Source: an uncultured Methanoregulaceae archaeon (GTDB lineage: Archaea > Halobacteriota > Methanomicrobia > Methanomicrobiales > Methanospirillaceae). From it: a DNA stretch of 64,000 nt. Positions 63,938-64,000 of the stretch are shown here, one piece after another. A model generated the notes under the pieces. It saw only the letters and a list, made by a program, of their open reading frames with translations. It was not told the origin of the DNA and made no database searches. The stretch is taken from positions 1,280,001 through 1,344,000 of the forward strand of contig CAVTTL010000001.1 of NCBI GenBank assembly GCA_963737635.1. Reading direction: 5' to 3'. Positions within the stretch are counted from its first letter, which is position 1. Each line of letters starts with the position of its first letter. Both the position numbers and the translations under genes were made by a program.

Positions 63938-64000
63938 ATGATAGATCGGATTATTCGTAGTTTCGAATTGGTAAAGGCGAGCTGGCGGATCCTGATGGAG
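63938..64000 (+). CDS. Start of a hypothetical (probably membrane) protein, truncated by the window end
   Basis: ATG 63938 gives MIDRIIRSFELVKASWRILME, open to the end. Confidence 0.55.
   Translation, partial: MIDRIIRSFELVKASWRILME

Noticed and set aside
1-64000. CRISPR arrays, tRNA/rRNA genes, transposases and integrases
   Set aside because: None recognised by eye; intergenic gaps are short and lack regular repeats. A tRNAscan-SE or Infernal run would be needed to exclude small RNAs.

Overview
Gene-dense chromosomal segment of a hydrogenotrophic methanogenic archaeon (Methanomicrobiales, most like Methanoregula, judged from McrA and gene order). Bases 1-28 kb are a methanogenesis supercluster. 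On the minus strand lie mtrEDCBA, mcrBDCGA and fwdG-like/fwdF-hdrCBA-mvhD. On the plus strand lie ftr and a nine-gene, translationally coupled operon: two Mmp11-like/TiaS-domain paralogues, a radical SAM protein, a truncated IorA-like TPP enzyme, aksA, aksD, aksE, a Cys-rich unknown and aksF. This operon is the best candidate for something new, because it may hold the unassigned late steps of coenzyme B biosynthesis (inference). The rest is housekeeping and accessory: MsrB, an RNase III-domain protein, a peroxiredoxin, an AguB-AguA fusion, a MarR/ABC/S-layer-domain/RND operon, aIF-1A (apparently with an ATC start), NreA plus DinB, a second ABC-2 exporter next to an unannotated 25-aa amphipathic peptide, a vWA-PP2C-kinase (TerY-P/YegLKI-like) triad, a PKD surface protein, hydrolases and a REC-PAS-histidine kinase. 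Nine genes, six of them core methanogenesis genes, are split by small indels that are most likely sequencing or assembly errors. No rRNA, tRNA, CRISPR array or IS element was recognised. All family calls come from motif recognition, not database searches.
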